Assembly (NCBI RefSeq): GCF_003918875.1
Contig: NW_025767135.1
Location: 2,666,001-2,730,000 of the forward strand
Length of the DNA: 64,000 nucleotides
Source of the DNA: Haliotis rubra
Lineage: Eukaryota
Direction of reading: 5' to 3'
The notes under the pieces were generated by a model. The model was given only the letters and a program-made list of their open reading frames with translations. It searched no databases and was not told where the DNA came from. Shown here in pieces: positions 25,405 through 38,280 of the stretch (positions within the stretch are counted from its first letter, which is position 1; each line of letters starts with the position of its first letter). The position numbers and the translations under genes are program-made.

Positions 25405-26044
25405 TGGACAACTGAAGTAATGTTTGGTAAGAGGCACTTCAGCTGTTGTCTCCAAGACAACGAAGTAATGCTTCAGGAACCAAGTCTATATTGGATAAGT
25501 TATATCTTGGGCAGCCATTACAAGTGTGTCGTGGAGAATATACCACTTATACATATATACATACTTATCTAACCAACCACTCACTCTAGACATACAGCAC
25601 ATTACGGCTATGGCATGTCAGTCAAACAATACAAAAGTTGACAGTATATCTCGCAGTGTCAAGAAACAAGCTGAAAAGCATATTTAAAACACTCGGCACT
25701 TACACGCGGAGCCGAGACTAAATGCCAGTATGACACTTACATTATGAAATGTTGACAGCTTGTGACACGTAACATGTTCTCAATTTCGTACAGTCTGTAA
25801 ACACATTCCTTATGGGATGTGCAGCAGAGGACTTGGCTGCACGATGGGTGACCCATGGACGCAAGCATGGGAGACGCAGTTAGTGCACCTTGATTACTCT
25901 CATTACTTTACAGCATGAAAAGACGTACTGGAATAAACTGTGTCATGTGATTATATGCATGACTGACCTGCATCATAAAGATTGTGAAAAAGATTGAATG
26001 AATTAAACCAGTGATAACTGATGTTTTGTCTTCTGAAAGACCTC

Positions 26045-26142
26045 AACATGGGTACAATGTGTGAAGCCCATTTTTGGTGTTCCTGCCTTGATGTTGCTGA
26101 AATGTTGTTAAAAGTGGTATAAGAGTAAACTCACTCACTCAC
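26045..26142 (+). mobile_element. 5'-truncated SINE family A
   Basis: acatgggtacaatgtgtgaagccc..aaactcactcactc. Confidence 0.82.
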
Positions 26143-26219
26143 TGAAAGACCTGTCTTTGTTTGAGTCTGTAGTCGAGGTAGGGTCAAACACCTGTCAATC
26201 CTTGTCCTATTTGAGTCAT

Positions 26220-27065
26220 TCTGTAGAGTAGAACTTGTGGCCTCTTTACAACAGAGTGTTTTCCTCTAGCCACTCTGTAAACAAGAACCTTTCTAATCTG
26301 GCCTCTTTACAGCAGAGAGTTTGTCTGTACATAGCCACTCAGTAAACAAGAACCTTTCTAATCTGGCCTCTTTACAATAGAGTGTTTTCCTCTAGCCACT
26401 CAATAAACAAGAACCTTTCTAATCTGGCCTCTTTACAATAGAGTGTTTTCCTCTAGCCACCCAGTAAACAAGAACCTTTCTAATGTGGCCTCTGTACAGC
26501 AGAGAGTTTGTCTGTATATAGCCACTCAGTAGACAAGAACCTTTCTAATCTGACCTCTTTACAATACAGTGTGTTTTTTTTCCTCTAGCCACTCAGTAAA
26601 CAAGAACCTTTCTAATCTGGCCTCTTTTAGAGTTGGTCTGTACATAGCCACTCAGTAGACTCAGTAAACAAGAACCTTTCTAATCTGACCTCTTTACAAT
26701 ACAGTGTTTTCCTCTAGCCACTCAGTAAACAAGAACCTTTCTAATCTGACCTCTTTACAATACAGTGTTTTCCTCTAGCCACTCAGTAAACAAGAACCTT
26801 TCTAATCTGGCCTCTTTACAGCAGAGAGTTTGTCTGTACATAGCCACTCAGTAAACAAGAACCTTTCTAATCTGGCCTCTTTACAGCAGAGAGTTGGTCT
26901 GTACATAGCCACTCAGTAGACAAGAACCTTTCTAATCTGGCCTCTTTACAGCAGAGAGTTGGTCTGTACATAGCCACTCAGTAAACAAGAACCTTTCTAA
27001 TCTGGCCTCTTTACAGCAGAGAGTTTGTCTGTACATAGCCATTCAGTAGACAAGAACCTGACTAA
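26220..27065. repeat. 61/65-bp minisatellite with two interspersed unit types
   Basis: Units at 26334, 26395, 26456 (61 bp) and 26843, 26908 (65 bp). Confidence 0.93.
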
Positions 27066-28283
27066 ACTGGTCTGCCAGCAGATAATGTTTTGAACACTCT
27101 ACAGATCATATGCAAACAGTGTATGTAACGATGTTCAAGAAGTTAAACTGCCAGTGCACTTTAAGCAGCTAACAACATACTTTAACTTTGTTTATACTTA
27201 CCTGGCACTTAAATATCAGTTTGTATGCAAACCACATTTGTTACATTATTTAAAGACACACACATTTAAATAAAAACAACAGGTAATTTATCCAGCACTA
27301 ACATGCATTTTGAATAGAATAATCATCACCTATCTGCAAAGAGATATACGGATATTCTTCTTCGGAGATATTTCTGTTTTTGACACTGATGCTTTTCATG
27401 GTGGTGTCTGAGGTTGTGTTGACGGTGGTTCCTCCCCATATTCCCTCCCATTGTCTCACCTGTCACACTTAACGACCACACAATAGGTAACACGTCAGCA
27501 TCTACCCTTGCGCACTGTGACTTCCCAGTGTTTCGGCACGTCCATAACAGTTTCCCCATCTCTGCATCCAACATGGTGTGGACACGCCTGGAGTTGGCGG
27601 AGAGGAGATGACATTACCGGGGCAGTGTTCTGTCTCAACATAACATGTTCCGACTCGACAACTGATTAACACTTGCCTACAGATTCTCAAAATCAAACAA
27701 AACAGGGAAAGACACTCAAGTCATAGGTGTGGAAAAAATGGCTTTTTTTGCCTGATTGTTTGTTGAGTAAAGGGGAAAGTATTTCAACTCCTGGCTACGA
27801 AACCCTGGACATTCACTTGCAGCAAACAGTGGGAATGTGTAGTTTGTCTCACAGTACCAAAACCACATTATTTTCCCTACTGCCTAGCCCTGTCTGCAAT
27901 TCTAAACCTCTAAATGAAGCAAGTCTAGATTTCTTCAGGTTCTGAATATCCCATCTGACTGGGTCTCCTTTTCAATTTAAATGGGTTTATTTGTTACAAT
28001 CAAAACTATATATATTCAGAGACTAAGCGTTAGTCTATGGGAATGTGTTTTGGTGGGTTGTACTGACAGCTGGTTATCTGTAGATGAAACCTGAATTGCC
28101 ATATTTGACACTTTTTATGGATAATAACTTCTTTATTGCTTCATATTTCAGGGTACTTCTTTCTCCTTCACCAGGTGAATACTAATTTAGTATACTGACG
28201 TAGTATTACCAGTATATATGCTGATATGTTTACACAAGGTAGGATTCATGTACAAGGATATCCACTTCAGGTTGTCTATAAAC

Positions 28284-28708
28284 ACCTGTGAAGAGATCTG
28301 GGTTAGAATTGATCTTCAGTAACCCATGCTTGTCGTAAGACTGACTGACTGAGTTTGGTTTTACGCCGCTTTTAGCAATATTCCAGCAACATCACGGCGG
28401 GGGACACCAGAAATGGGCTTCACACATTATACCCATGTGGGGATTCGAACCCGGGTCTTCGGCGTGACGAGCCAACGCTTTAACCATTAGGCTACCCCAC
28501 CGCCCCCTTGTTGTAAGAGGTGACTAATGGGATCAGAGTGTCAGGCTCGCTGACTTGGTGGACACATGTCATCGTATCACATGTCGTGCGTAGACTGATG
28601 CTCATGATGTTGATCACTGGATTGTCTGGTCCAGACTCAATTATTTACAGCCGACCTCCATATAGCTGGAATATTGCTGAGTATGGCGTAAAACTAAACT
28701 CACTCACT
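28284..28708 (+). mobile_element. Retroposon family B interrupted by SINE A
   Basis: B 5' part 28284-28340 resumes at 28507. Confidence 0.88.
28341..28506 (-). mobile_element. SINE family A, (AGTC)n tail, inserted in family B
   Basis: TSD CTTGT(C/T)GTAAGA 28329-28340 and 28507-28518. Confidence 0.93.
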
Positions 28709-29342
28709 ATATATATTAACTCTATATGTGGTCTTGTACACACCACACAGGTTTCAATTCAGGTAAAGTTAAGCAGGTATAGTACATCAGCTTGAATATA
28801 TATTATATATTAGAAGTCTGAGCAAGGCTGATTGCAGAGAGTAGTTGATTGGGTCACGATGATTAGCACCCCAACTCCCAAAATACAGTTGGAATACAAT
28901 TTTTTTAATGAATTTCGAATAATAATTAGGTCTACATGTCATTTAGGAGACAAGAAATAAAGGGTTACCTTGCTTGCTGTTTTGCTCATTTGATGATAAA
29001 AACTTCATTACTCATGATGCTGAAAAGAGATGGCATTCTGATGTTCTAAAAAATTATCCAACATTAAAAAATAAGATGTATTTCTATACAAGTAATTAAG
29101 AAAATAGTAATGATGCAAACATATTGTCTCAGGAAGATTTAAAACTGTGATGACGAGATTAGTAAATATATTTTGTGCCTGAAATTCTCCGTTTTCTTTA
29201 TAAAGAGACTTTCCTTATTTTCAGAAGTGCAGATATAGGAGAAATATTGCTGAGTGCTGTGTTAAACAAAAAATAAACAACAGAAGTGTAGAAATATAGC
29301 TTTATATATATATAGACTTTCTTGGGGTGTATTTGATATATT

Positions 29343-29861
29343 CAGGGATTTACAGGACACTAGGGGCGGTGGGGTAGCCTAGTGGCTCAAGCATTTGCTA
29401 GTCACGCGCCGAAGACCCGGGTTCGAATCCCCACATGGGTACAATGTGTGAAGCCCATTTCTGGTGTCCCCCGCCGTGATGTTGCTGGAATATTGCTAAA
29501 AGCGGCGTAAAACCAAACTTAGTCAGTACAGGACGCTTATTCCTGCGTCCTATACTCATAAAAATTGACAATGAACGCAACGTAGCGCGTCCACAAGGAC
29601 GCAGAAAAAGTCCAAATACTTTTTGTGAAAATTCCAATCTAGTGACAATAAGTTATCACTGAGTCTGCTACTAGCTGGGTTATGGTATAATTTGCAATTT
29701 AATTACTGTAACAATGTGATGATCATGATACACAATACAATAACAGTATTAATAATAATATTTAAGTGTCTGGGACCCCCATTTTGTAGTCCAGGACCCC
29801 TGAAAATTTAGAGTATGAGTCCCAGGGACCCTCAAATTCCCCGACTCCAGGTAAATCCCTG
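29343..29861. mobile_element. MITE with 11-bp TIR CAGGGATTTAC, hosting SINE A
   Basis: CAGGGATTTAC / GTAAATCCCTG; TSD ambiguous (tatatt/tatatc). Confidence 0.7.
29363..29526 (+). mobile_element. SINE family A, (AGTC)n tail
   Basis: TSD TACAGGAC(A/G)CT 29351-29361 and 29527-29537. Confidence 0.92.
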
Positions 29862-30417
29862 TATATCTATTTCATGGTCTGCATGACAGATTATAGACTA
29901 AGGCTTAGTCTCTGAATATATATAATTTTGATAGTAACAAACAAGCCCATTTAAATTGAAAAGGAGCCCCAGGGATTCAGAGATTCCTGAACCTGAGGAA
30001 ATCTAGACTTGCTTCTTTTATGGCTTTAGCACTACAGGGAAGGCTAGGCTGTAGGGAAAATAATGTGCTTCAGGGACTGTGAGACAGACTAGACAGATTA
30101 CTCCTTCTCCAGTATGGAATGACGGGTCCCAAAGAGCAGTTAGGTACTTGAACTTTAATTGATACAGGATTTCAGATGTTGGTACTGTGGGATGTAACAT
30201 TCAGATGTTCTCTCCTTGACATTTGGGTTTAATCAGTTGAAGCCATTTGAGTTAGGGTTTGACACAGTGACACAAGGGACTATTACAGAGGTGTGACCTG
30301 ACTTACCTTGTCCCTTGTCTTATCACAAAGTTTCGCTTAGACTTTCACAAAAATGTCAACCTTGAATGATGATAATAATATTTATATTTATAAAACACCA
30401 AATCCATATTGTAAAGC

Positions 30418-30724
30418 TGGTTGGTTGGTTTATTGTTTAATGCCCACTCAGCAATATTCCAGCTATATGGCGGCGGTCTGTAAATAATCGAGTCTGGACC
30501 AGACAATCCAGTGATCAACAGCATTAGCATCTGTCTACACAATTTTGATACGATGACAAGTGTCAACCAAGTCAGTGAACCTGACCACCCGATCCTGTTA
30601 GTCACCTCTTGCAACAAGCATGGGTTACTTAAGATCAATTCTAATATAGATCTTCACAGGGTTTCAAGTCAATGATCCCGTTGGTCACCTGTTACGACAA
30701 GCATGGGTGCTGAAGACCAATTCT
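30418..30724 (-). mobile_element. Retroposon family B (30418-30661) plus adjacent partial second copy of its 5' module
   Basis: Reverse complement of B; 30672-30724 repeats gatcccgtt..acaagcatggg..gaagaccaattc. Confidence 0.85.
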
Positions 30725-31719
30725 GAAATATATGAAACATTTGTCATACAAATCCATTAATTAAGTATTAAATCAAATCGGCTTAACTTGATAGTAATTT
30801 CAAGGGTCAAGATTGGGTCTCAGAACTCATAACCCTTGTTCATTATCAGTATTCCTCTAGTATCGAGACAATGAAACTTACGTTCCATTAGCAAAGTCCT
30901 GTATTTGTACAAGAGTGACACAAGTCTTAATTTATATGGTTTTCAATTGAGTTTCACCTGGAAAACCCAGTTCATAACTTCAACTGTACATTTAAGAGTA
31001 GTGGTACTGTTTTCACCTCGCAAGACAACAATAGTGACCATTCATGTATAGGAGTTTTATCACTATATGTAAAAAGTTCAACTTTCTTTAATAAATCTTT
31101 CAAAAAGAAAAGAAGTGTTTTTCATGGTGTCACCCAGCTAATACAGACAGTCTCAGTGACGTGAAGTGGTGTTTCAGTCAGGCCAGTCTAGAGAACCACT
31201 AACAGGTTGCTGGGCAGATTCCAGTGCTTCTAATCTACAGCCATTGACAAACCACCATGCTTCACACAGATGAACAATTGGCACTGTCCCCTGACGTGTC
31301 GCTGATTTATTCCTGTAATTATCATCACGGAAACATCAGAGGAGAAGTTTTTTATGTCTACACCTGTAAGGTGTAAAAGTTTACAACAGGTCCCGTCAAA
31401 GCACTCAGGCAAACACCTTGATAGGCACTTGGTGGTGGTTGGGAGTAGTTTATGAATGGAAAGGTTTTAATTCAGGGTTCTATCTCATCAGGTTTTGACC
31501 TTGGGTGTGTGTAAATGTTGAAGGTTATAGTTTGTAAATAGAATGCTACTTGTTTCAATATCGCTTCCAGTTTTAAGCTTTCATCACTGTCGTGTCTCTG
31601 TTTTCTTACACTTGGTCTTTATGGTACAGGTAGGTATAACAGAGCAGTGTGTGAAATATAGTTCAACAATATTGTCATACGGATCAGCAGTTCGGTAAGG
31701 TGAATGCCCCACAGTAGTG

Positions 31720-31878
31720 CACGAGTTTGGTTTTACCCCGCTTTAGACAATACTTCAGCAATGTCACAGCGGGGGACACCTGAGAGTGGGCTTCACACAT
31801 TGTAACCATGTGGGGACTTGAACCCAGGTCTTCAGCATGATGAGTGAACACTTTGACCACTAGGCTACCCCACCACCC
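31720..31878 (-). mobile_element. SINE family A, diverged
   Basis: Reverse complement of family A. Confidence 0.85.
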
Positions 31879-32029
31879 CAAATACCCCACAGTAAGAATC
31901 ACTAACCTATCTCAATGGTCTAGCAGATGGAGAATCTGATCAGCGGATCGTCCTGGGTTTGACCCCCGGGGCCATCACGCAAAAAAAATTTCAAAGATGA
32001 TGGTAGTTGTCACACGGACAGCTGTACAG

Positions 32030-32575
32030 CATTCAATGCCTTTGTAAAACTTTAAATCTTTTGGTAGACTTGTTGAAAACATTTCCAAATTTCAGTGTTT
32101 TTAGGAATTCAATGACTTTGTATAACAATTTCAATGTATTTTGGTAGACTTCTTGAAAACATTTCCAAATATTCTGTGTTTTTAGGAATTCAATGACTTT
32201 GTATAACAATTTCAATGTATTTTGGTAGACTTCTTGAAAACATTTCCAAATATTCTGTGTTTTTAGGAATTCAATGCCTTTGTATAACTTTTAAAATGTT
32301 TTTTGGTAGACTTGTTGAAAACATTTCCATATATTCCGTGTTTTTAAGGAATTCAATGCCTTTGTATAACTTTTAAAATGTTTTTTATTTAGACTTGTTG
32401 AAAACATTTCCAAATTTCCGTGTTTTCAGGAATTCAATGACTTTGTATAACAATTTCAATGTATTTTGGTAGACTTCTTGAAAACATTTCCAAATATTCT
32501 GTGTTTTTAGGAATTCAATGCCTTTGTATAACTTTTAAAATGTTTTTTTTTTAGACCTGTTGAAAACATTTCCTT
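32030..32575. repeat. ~81-bp AT-rich minisatellite
   Basis: GGAATTC at 32104, 32185, 32266. Confidence 0.92.
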
Positions 32576-32685
32576 TGCATGTCCTCGTTAAGTGTGCCAC
32601 TGGTTGTGCATTTGACCTTGACCTTTCCTGTAGCACCTGGTAACATCACTATTTGAAAGCGATTCATAAACAAATGGCGATGAAA

Positions 32686-32935
32686 CACTCATACAATGCA
32701 CTCTTACGTTTATACAGAACGCTGTCAAATTCTCCTGAATCTGCATATATGTTTCTACTCACTTCAAAAGATGAAGCAATCATATTTAAACTGGCAATAT
32801 ATGTAAAAAATACAATTTCTCTCAGAAACAAACTGTTCAAGAATAGTATGCATCTGAATTTTTAAAACTATTATACATAACTCCTTTATATATGGGCTTG
32901 AGGCGGTACATACAATAAATACCTTTGACTTTGAC
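32686..32935 (+). mobile_element. Probable CR1-group LINE 3' end
   Basis: ORF end YMFLLTSKDEAIIFKLAIYVKNTISLR resembles CR1-type ORF2 C-termini; AATAAA followed by (CTTTGA)2 tail. Confidence 0.55.
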
Positions 32936-33924
32936 GATTATGACTTTTTATGATTTTTATTGGTTTTATTTAATTAAAATGGTGCATAGGTAAAGTAAGG
33001 TTGTGTTGTACACCCAATTCATGCATTTATCATTCTGTGAAACAAAATTTAAAACCAGCCTTCCAAAGCAGATAATAATAAACATCCCAGATCCAGAATT
33101 TAAAAATTTAAATTCATGATGAAAAATGTCATTTCCAATGATTTTTAAAGATATTTGTTGCTTTTTTTCTCATATATCTGTCAGATATCTAAACATTCCT
33201 TTCGTTTATATCCAGCAAATTATCACTGTCACATTTTCATCTTGACCTGTGTACATTATCTGGTGCACTGGGATCTAAATAGGACTAAAGGAGAAAAAAC
33301 AGTGATCTTGCTGTGAAAGCTGATAGGATGGCCTATTTTAGCTGACAGGAGACCACCTGAGAGCTTAATGATTCCTTTTCTGATTTAGAACTCCTTGAAA
33401 ATGACATATCTTCACTCATGTATATTTCTTTTGCAACTTGTTAAGTTATTTTGCATGTTGAAGCAGATATTTCTGAACCTTTACTCCGACATATCTTTCA
33501 TTACCTCGTTGAGTTTAGAATGATAGTTATTTGAAAGGACAGCTCTTTCCAAAAATAATTTCTGGGTCAGAAAGAAAGAAGTTATCACTGCTTTGAGTAT
33601 ACACATTTTGAAATAAAGTCTATTTGTTCTATTTGATGATGAAAAATGTTTTCTTCAACTGAGAAAATGTTTGCCAAACCAGTCTAAGATCAAGCAATTA
33701 AAAAACAAATACATTATCTTTTTATAACTGAGCAAGCAGAACCTTCAACTTAGAAAAAATCACTCTTAATGTTAGTTTCTCTTAGAGGAAGGGAATACGA
33801 TACATAGATCTATGCATGTCTCCAGATCCTGGCAAATGCTAAGGGACACAACTCTGCATATCGCTTAGGACAACTTGGTTGTCTGTGCCTCTAGTCTCAG
33901 AGTGAAGTCAGCAAAGAAACACTA

Positions 33925-34424
33925 CAGAGGCTCCAGATAAGCTGCGTATCAGGGTAAAATACGCATAGAAATTTCCAATTACACATTGAAAAATAATTGT
34001 TGCGTACCAATTCACTGAATTAAAATGTTAGATACGCATAAAAGTTTAAAACAAATGCGCATTACATATATTTATAAAACTCGCTATGTGTAATGAAAAG
34101 CCATCGATTGCTATCAAGTTGTACTGTTAGCATAGGACAAGTGCTGTACTGTCCATTTAGGATGAGTGATTTTTTATGAACTCATTTCCATTATATTTAA
34201 GTTGGTTTTGATTAGGTATGACATAGTCATAAGGCAGAACATACCTGCTTAGTAAACTTACTCAGTCACATAATACTTAGGTGAGTAAAATGACTGAAAT
34301 ACGCACATGTTTGAAAGCAGTGGGTAACGGAAAATGAAATACCCACTCAACATTTTATAATACCCACTCCAAAAAATACAGTGGGTACAGTACCCGATTG
34401 AGCTAAATCTTATCTGGAGCTCTG
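33925..34424. mobile_element. MITE, CAG..CTG termini, 5-bp TSD (hAT5-like)
   Basis: TIR CAGAGGCTCCAGATAAG / CTTATCTGGAGCTCTG; TSD CACTA 33920-33924 and 34425-34429. Confidence 0.88.
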
Positions 34425-35928
34425 CACTATATATTCAACATTGGTTCACTTTTTATTTGAACAAAATAATAGTTGCTAATTCATAAAGTACACAGATGAA
34501 TAATATTTCCATGGGATGATGAAAACATTTGGGAAAAGTATCCTTCATAGAAGTTTTAATTTTGACTTGAAACCATATCTATGAGTAAACATTCAACAAA
34601 AACAAATATTTACACTGACTTCACAAACCTCAAAATGAGACATTTATGCTGAAATATCAATAGGAATATTCTATCAGAAAGGAGATCTTTAGAGTGCTGA
34701 TGATAAGAGTGTCAATTAGACAGTATTTAAATAGTTACATGGAATTCAGCTCAACTAGGAGCTTACCAGCACAACCATAATCAAATCTGATATCTTCTGA
34801 TGTGGGTTCGAAGATGCTTAATCCCGGACCTCTGATACCCCTTGGGACATCAGCAGCCATTTGCATCCAATGGTAAAGTCAGAGATCACAATACCAAAGC
34901 AGCCATGAACGCCTCGGTAGAACTCGGGTAAACACTATTAAGTATGGAGTATTTATCCATTAGGTCCAACAGCATCTTACGGTAATTAGAGCGATATGGA
35001 GAGCCATATGAGGGCTCTAATCGGTGCGCTGTCACACTTTGATGGCCCTTGGATAGTAGGGCTATTACTTCCTTCGGTCATCCTCTGTTGTGTCAATCTG
35101 AGGTGAAGTCAGCAATTTGATAGCGATAATCCCCTGGATGGGAGTCTTCTATGGAAGCTGTGGGGGAGTATAAACACTTATTCCCGTGTCACATGACCTA
35201 TTATCTGTATTGATCACAACTTGATGAATATTGGTAATCATTCAGAACTAAAATGCCACATGAAATTATGAGTGAAATTTCAAATTTCCTTTCAAAACAA
35301 AATATTAAATGGTACTGAACTTGAGACTTTTGTAAATTAATAAATAGTATGCTGTATGAGGTGTATTAGAGTAGTATTACTATCCCGTTTCATGGCTATC
35401 AGATGATATTCACATTTGAAATATTTTTGCAGTTATTCAGGACAATTTTGGACAAATTATTAATGCTGTATTATTTGGGTTTAAGAAAATATGTTTTGTG
35501 ATTTCACCTACTGAATGATGGAAAAAAGAAACACATTTTTTACGGAACATTTTTTAATCAACATTTGAATGTTTGCTGTATATTCCAAGGATTTGTGCGA
35601 CAATGACATCTACAAATACTATTTCTGAGTATAGTGTAGGAAGGACCAATATTTTCAAAATCTAAACAATCATATTGGCATCCTCTTCAACTAAATATAA
35701 CACATTGTTTTGTGAAAAATATGTTTTTTCGCAACTATTTTAAACTGCAAAGGAGCCCCAGTGAGATCTAGAGTTTTCAATAATATAGACTTCATTGAGG
35801 GCTATAGCTTAACGGAAGAGCTGGGTGAAAATATATTATGGTTCAGGGACTGGCGGACAGACAAGAATCTCCTGATCATGAAGCTTCTATCTCAAGGGAT
35901 ATCCTTTTCCATTTAAATGTAGATGCTT

Positions 35929-36497
35929 GTTGTTGTCCCCCGCCGCAACGTGGAACGGGGGACTATGTATTCAGCGGCGTCTGTCCATACGTCCATACGT
36001 CCGTCCCAATTCTTGTTAACGCGATATCTGATGAACTGTTGTACCCAATGTCTTCAAATGTGGTGACAGCCTACATTGGGAGATTATGCAGACACCAGTC
36101 AATTTGGGTGACCATGACCTTATTTTCAAGGTCACCACAACACTTTGACCACTTTTCAAACTCTTGTTAACGCGATATCTGATGAAATGTTGTACCAAAT
36201 GTCTTCAAATTTGGTGACAGCCTACATTTGGGGATTATGCAGACACCAGTCGATTAGGGTGACCTTGACCTTATTTTTAAGGTCACCACAACACTTTGAC
36301 CGCTTTTTAATGGCGATATCTCATAAAACATTGCACCCAATGTTTTCAAGCATGTTGACAGCCTACATTGGGTGATTATGCAGACACCAGTCATTTCAGG
36401 CATCTTGTATGTGACCCAAAAATAAAAAGTAGTAAATATAGATATTCCTTTCTTTAGCGGCAGGGGACATTGCCATATCAGTGACAAACACTTGTTT
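35929..36497 (+). mobile_element. Non-autonomous Helentron (HINE/DINE-1-like) with ~2 internal 151-bp repeats
   Basis: 5' subTIR tgtcccccgccgc, short IR, (GTCC)-like microsatellite, tandem units at 36011 and 36162, 3' subTIR gcggcaggggaca, 3' hairpin, T-rich ends. Confidence 0.85.
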
Positions 36498-38280
36498 CTA
36501 TTAAAATGAAATATTTTCTGGGACTAAGCATTAATCTAGTACCTTTTCTGTGGTTGGAATATTGCTAAAAGCCACATAAATGCTTCAATGCTATGCATTC
36601 CTTTATTTTTTAACATCAGTATATATTTGAAATATTGAACTGAATATTGAATTTATTCAACATAATAATGGTTGTCATGGAGATTAACAATAAAGATCCA
36701 ATTACTCTCATTGTCATGCTGCGAACCGAAAATGAAACTGTGGAGTAGCATAGATTAAATAAAGAATTTTTAATTTTTCCAAACATGAAAGGATAGGTGG
36801 AATTTCATGTGTGATGAGATGTCTGTTGAATAGATGAAATATTGTTACCAGACCACTCAATGTCAGCTCCGATAGAAAATTTCAAAGAATTTTAGGGGTC
36901 ATTTGACAAAATAAACACAATTGTTGAAAGTCCATAAAAGATTCTTCCATTTAAGTGATGGAATTTCCGAATGACATTCCGATTGGCGCCATGGGACCCA
37001 TCTTCAGTGTGTCTGTTTTTATGGCGCTGGTGAGATCTGGTTAAAAGAAATCAAATTAGCCAAGCGACCCTCGTGGGACCTAACTGTAACGCTGTTTGTC
37101 ATCGCTGTTGCTGCTGCTGCTTCTCTTGTTGCACCATATCGCATCCTCATCAGCCGGTATGATATGCACATGAAATGTTATCGTGGTGTATAATCAGGCT
37201 TAACGATTTTCAAGTAATTAGTGGTAAACGAGGGAGGATTGTGTTTCGGGTAGTGGGTTTGGACAGTATTGACCGTGAAGGCATGTGTTTAGATGACTGT
37301 GCCGGCCTGAATGAGCCTGGTCCAAGACACTTCCTTAAAAACAGGGATTTAGGGTCTATTACAGGAGATATAAGGGAGGATTCTGCTATCATGACCTTGA
37401 TCAGTGATTCCACCGCCACATAATTCCAGTTAAAGACAATAGTAACTTTTATCTTTCTTCAGCTTAACATGAGAATCTGTTCTTAACCTATTTCAGCCAT
37501 TTATATGAAGTTCATAATAATGTATATTAATGAATATTGATATTTGAAAGAAATCTTAGCATTTTCCATTTCTTTATGCTTGGTATTGTACAGTTATTGG
37601 TAAAGAATTTCATGAAGGCTTCAAGTGCTGTTGGGTTTTTATATGAAGATTTATAAAGATTTAAAAATATGTCAAAATGAATGAATTGGTGTTTTGTTCC
37701 TGAAATAAATCAGATAAAAGGGAAGAAAAAGTAGCGTTCAGATTTAATGTCAGATATTGGAGACAGTCAGTCTGCTTTGTCTCAACACAGTTGAGGGATT
37801 AGTCATAAACAAAATATGAATGCTCTGACAATAGGGATTAACTCCCAAGGTTACAAGGCTGTAAACATGTATGGAGGTGACTATTTCTGTCAGTGGTCAG
37901 GTATTGATGTGGCCATGTTTCCATGTGATGTAACACTGCTGCTATTTATGGACGCCCTTTAGTCATAGGGCATCACATGGCCACACTGACCACTACAGGG
38001 GCCATCTCAATAACGGAAACTCATATTTTTTCCTTTCCTAATAGTGCAAGGTGTTCATAAAAATAATCCGAATTCTTGGAAGTGCAAACAGTAAGGGAAT
38101 GCTGATTGTAGAGGGAAGCAAGTTGTCTGAATGAGATATGTATAATATTGAGACATGCCTAAGTTAGTGGAGATACTGTCACAATGACACATATGAGACA
38201 CTTATTACAAGACAAGCATTGATATGTGGTGAAACATTAGGAAATATAAAACCAAGAAAACCATTGCCACAATCATAAGA

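Larger units (their letters stand above)
27840..30091. repeat. Diverged ~200-bp inverted repeat pair (27840-28038 and 29893-30091)
   Basis: e.g. gaagcaagtctagatttc / gaaatctagacttgcttc; ccttttcaatttaaatggg / cccatttaaattgaaaagg. Confidence 0.85.

Noticed and set aside
31908-31980. tRNA-like sequence with gggtttgacccc box
   Set aside because: Cannot be folded into a cloverleaf; single degenerate copy.
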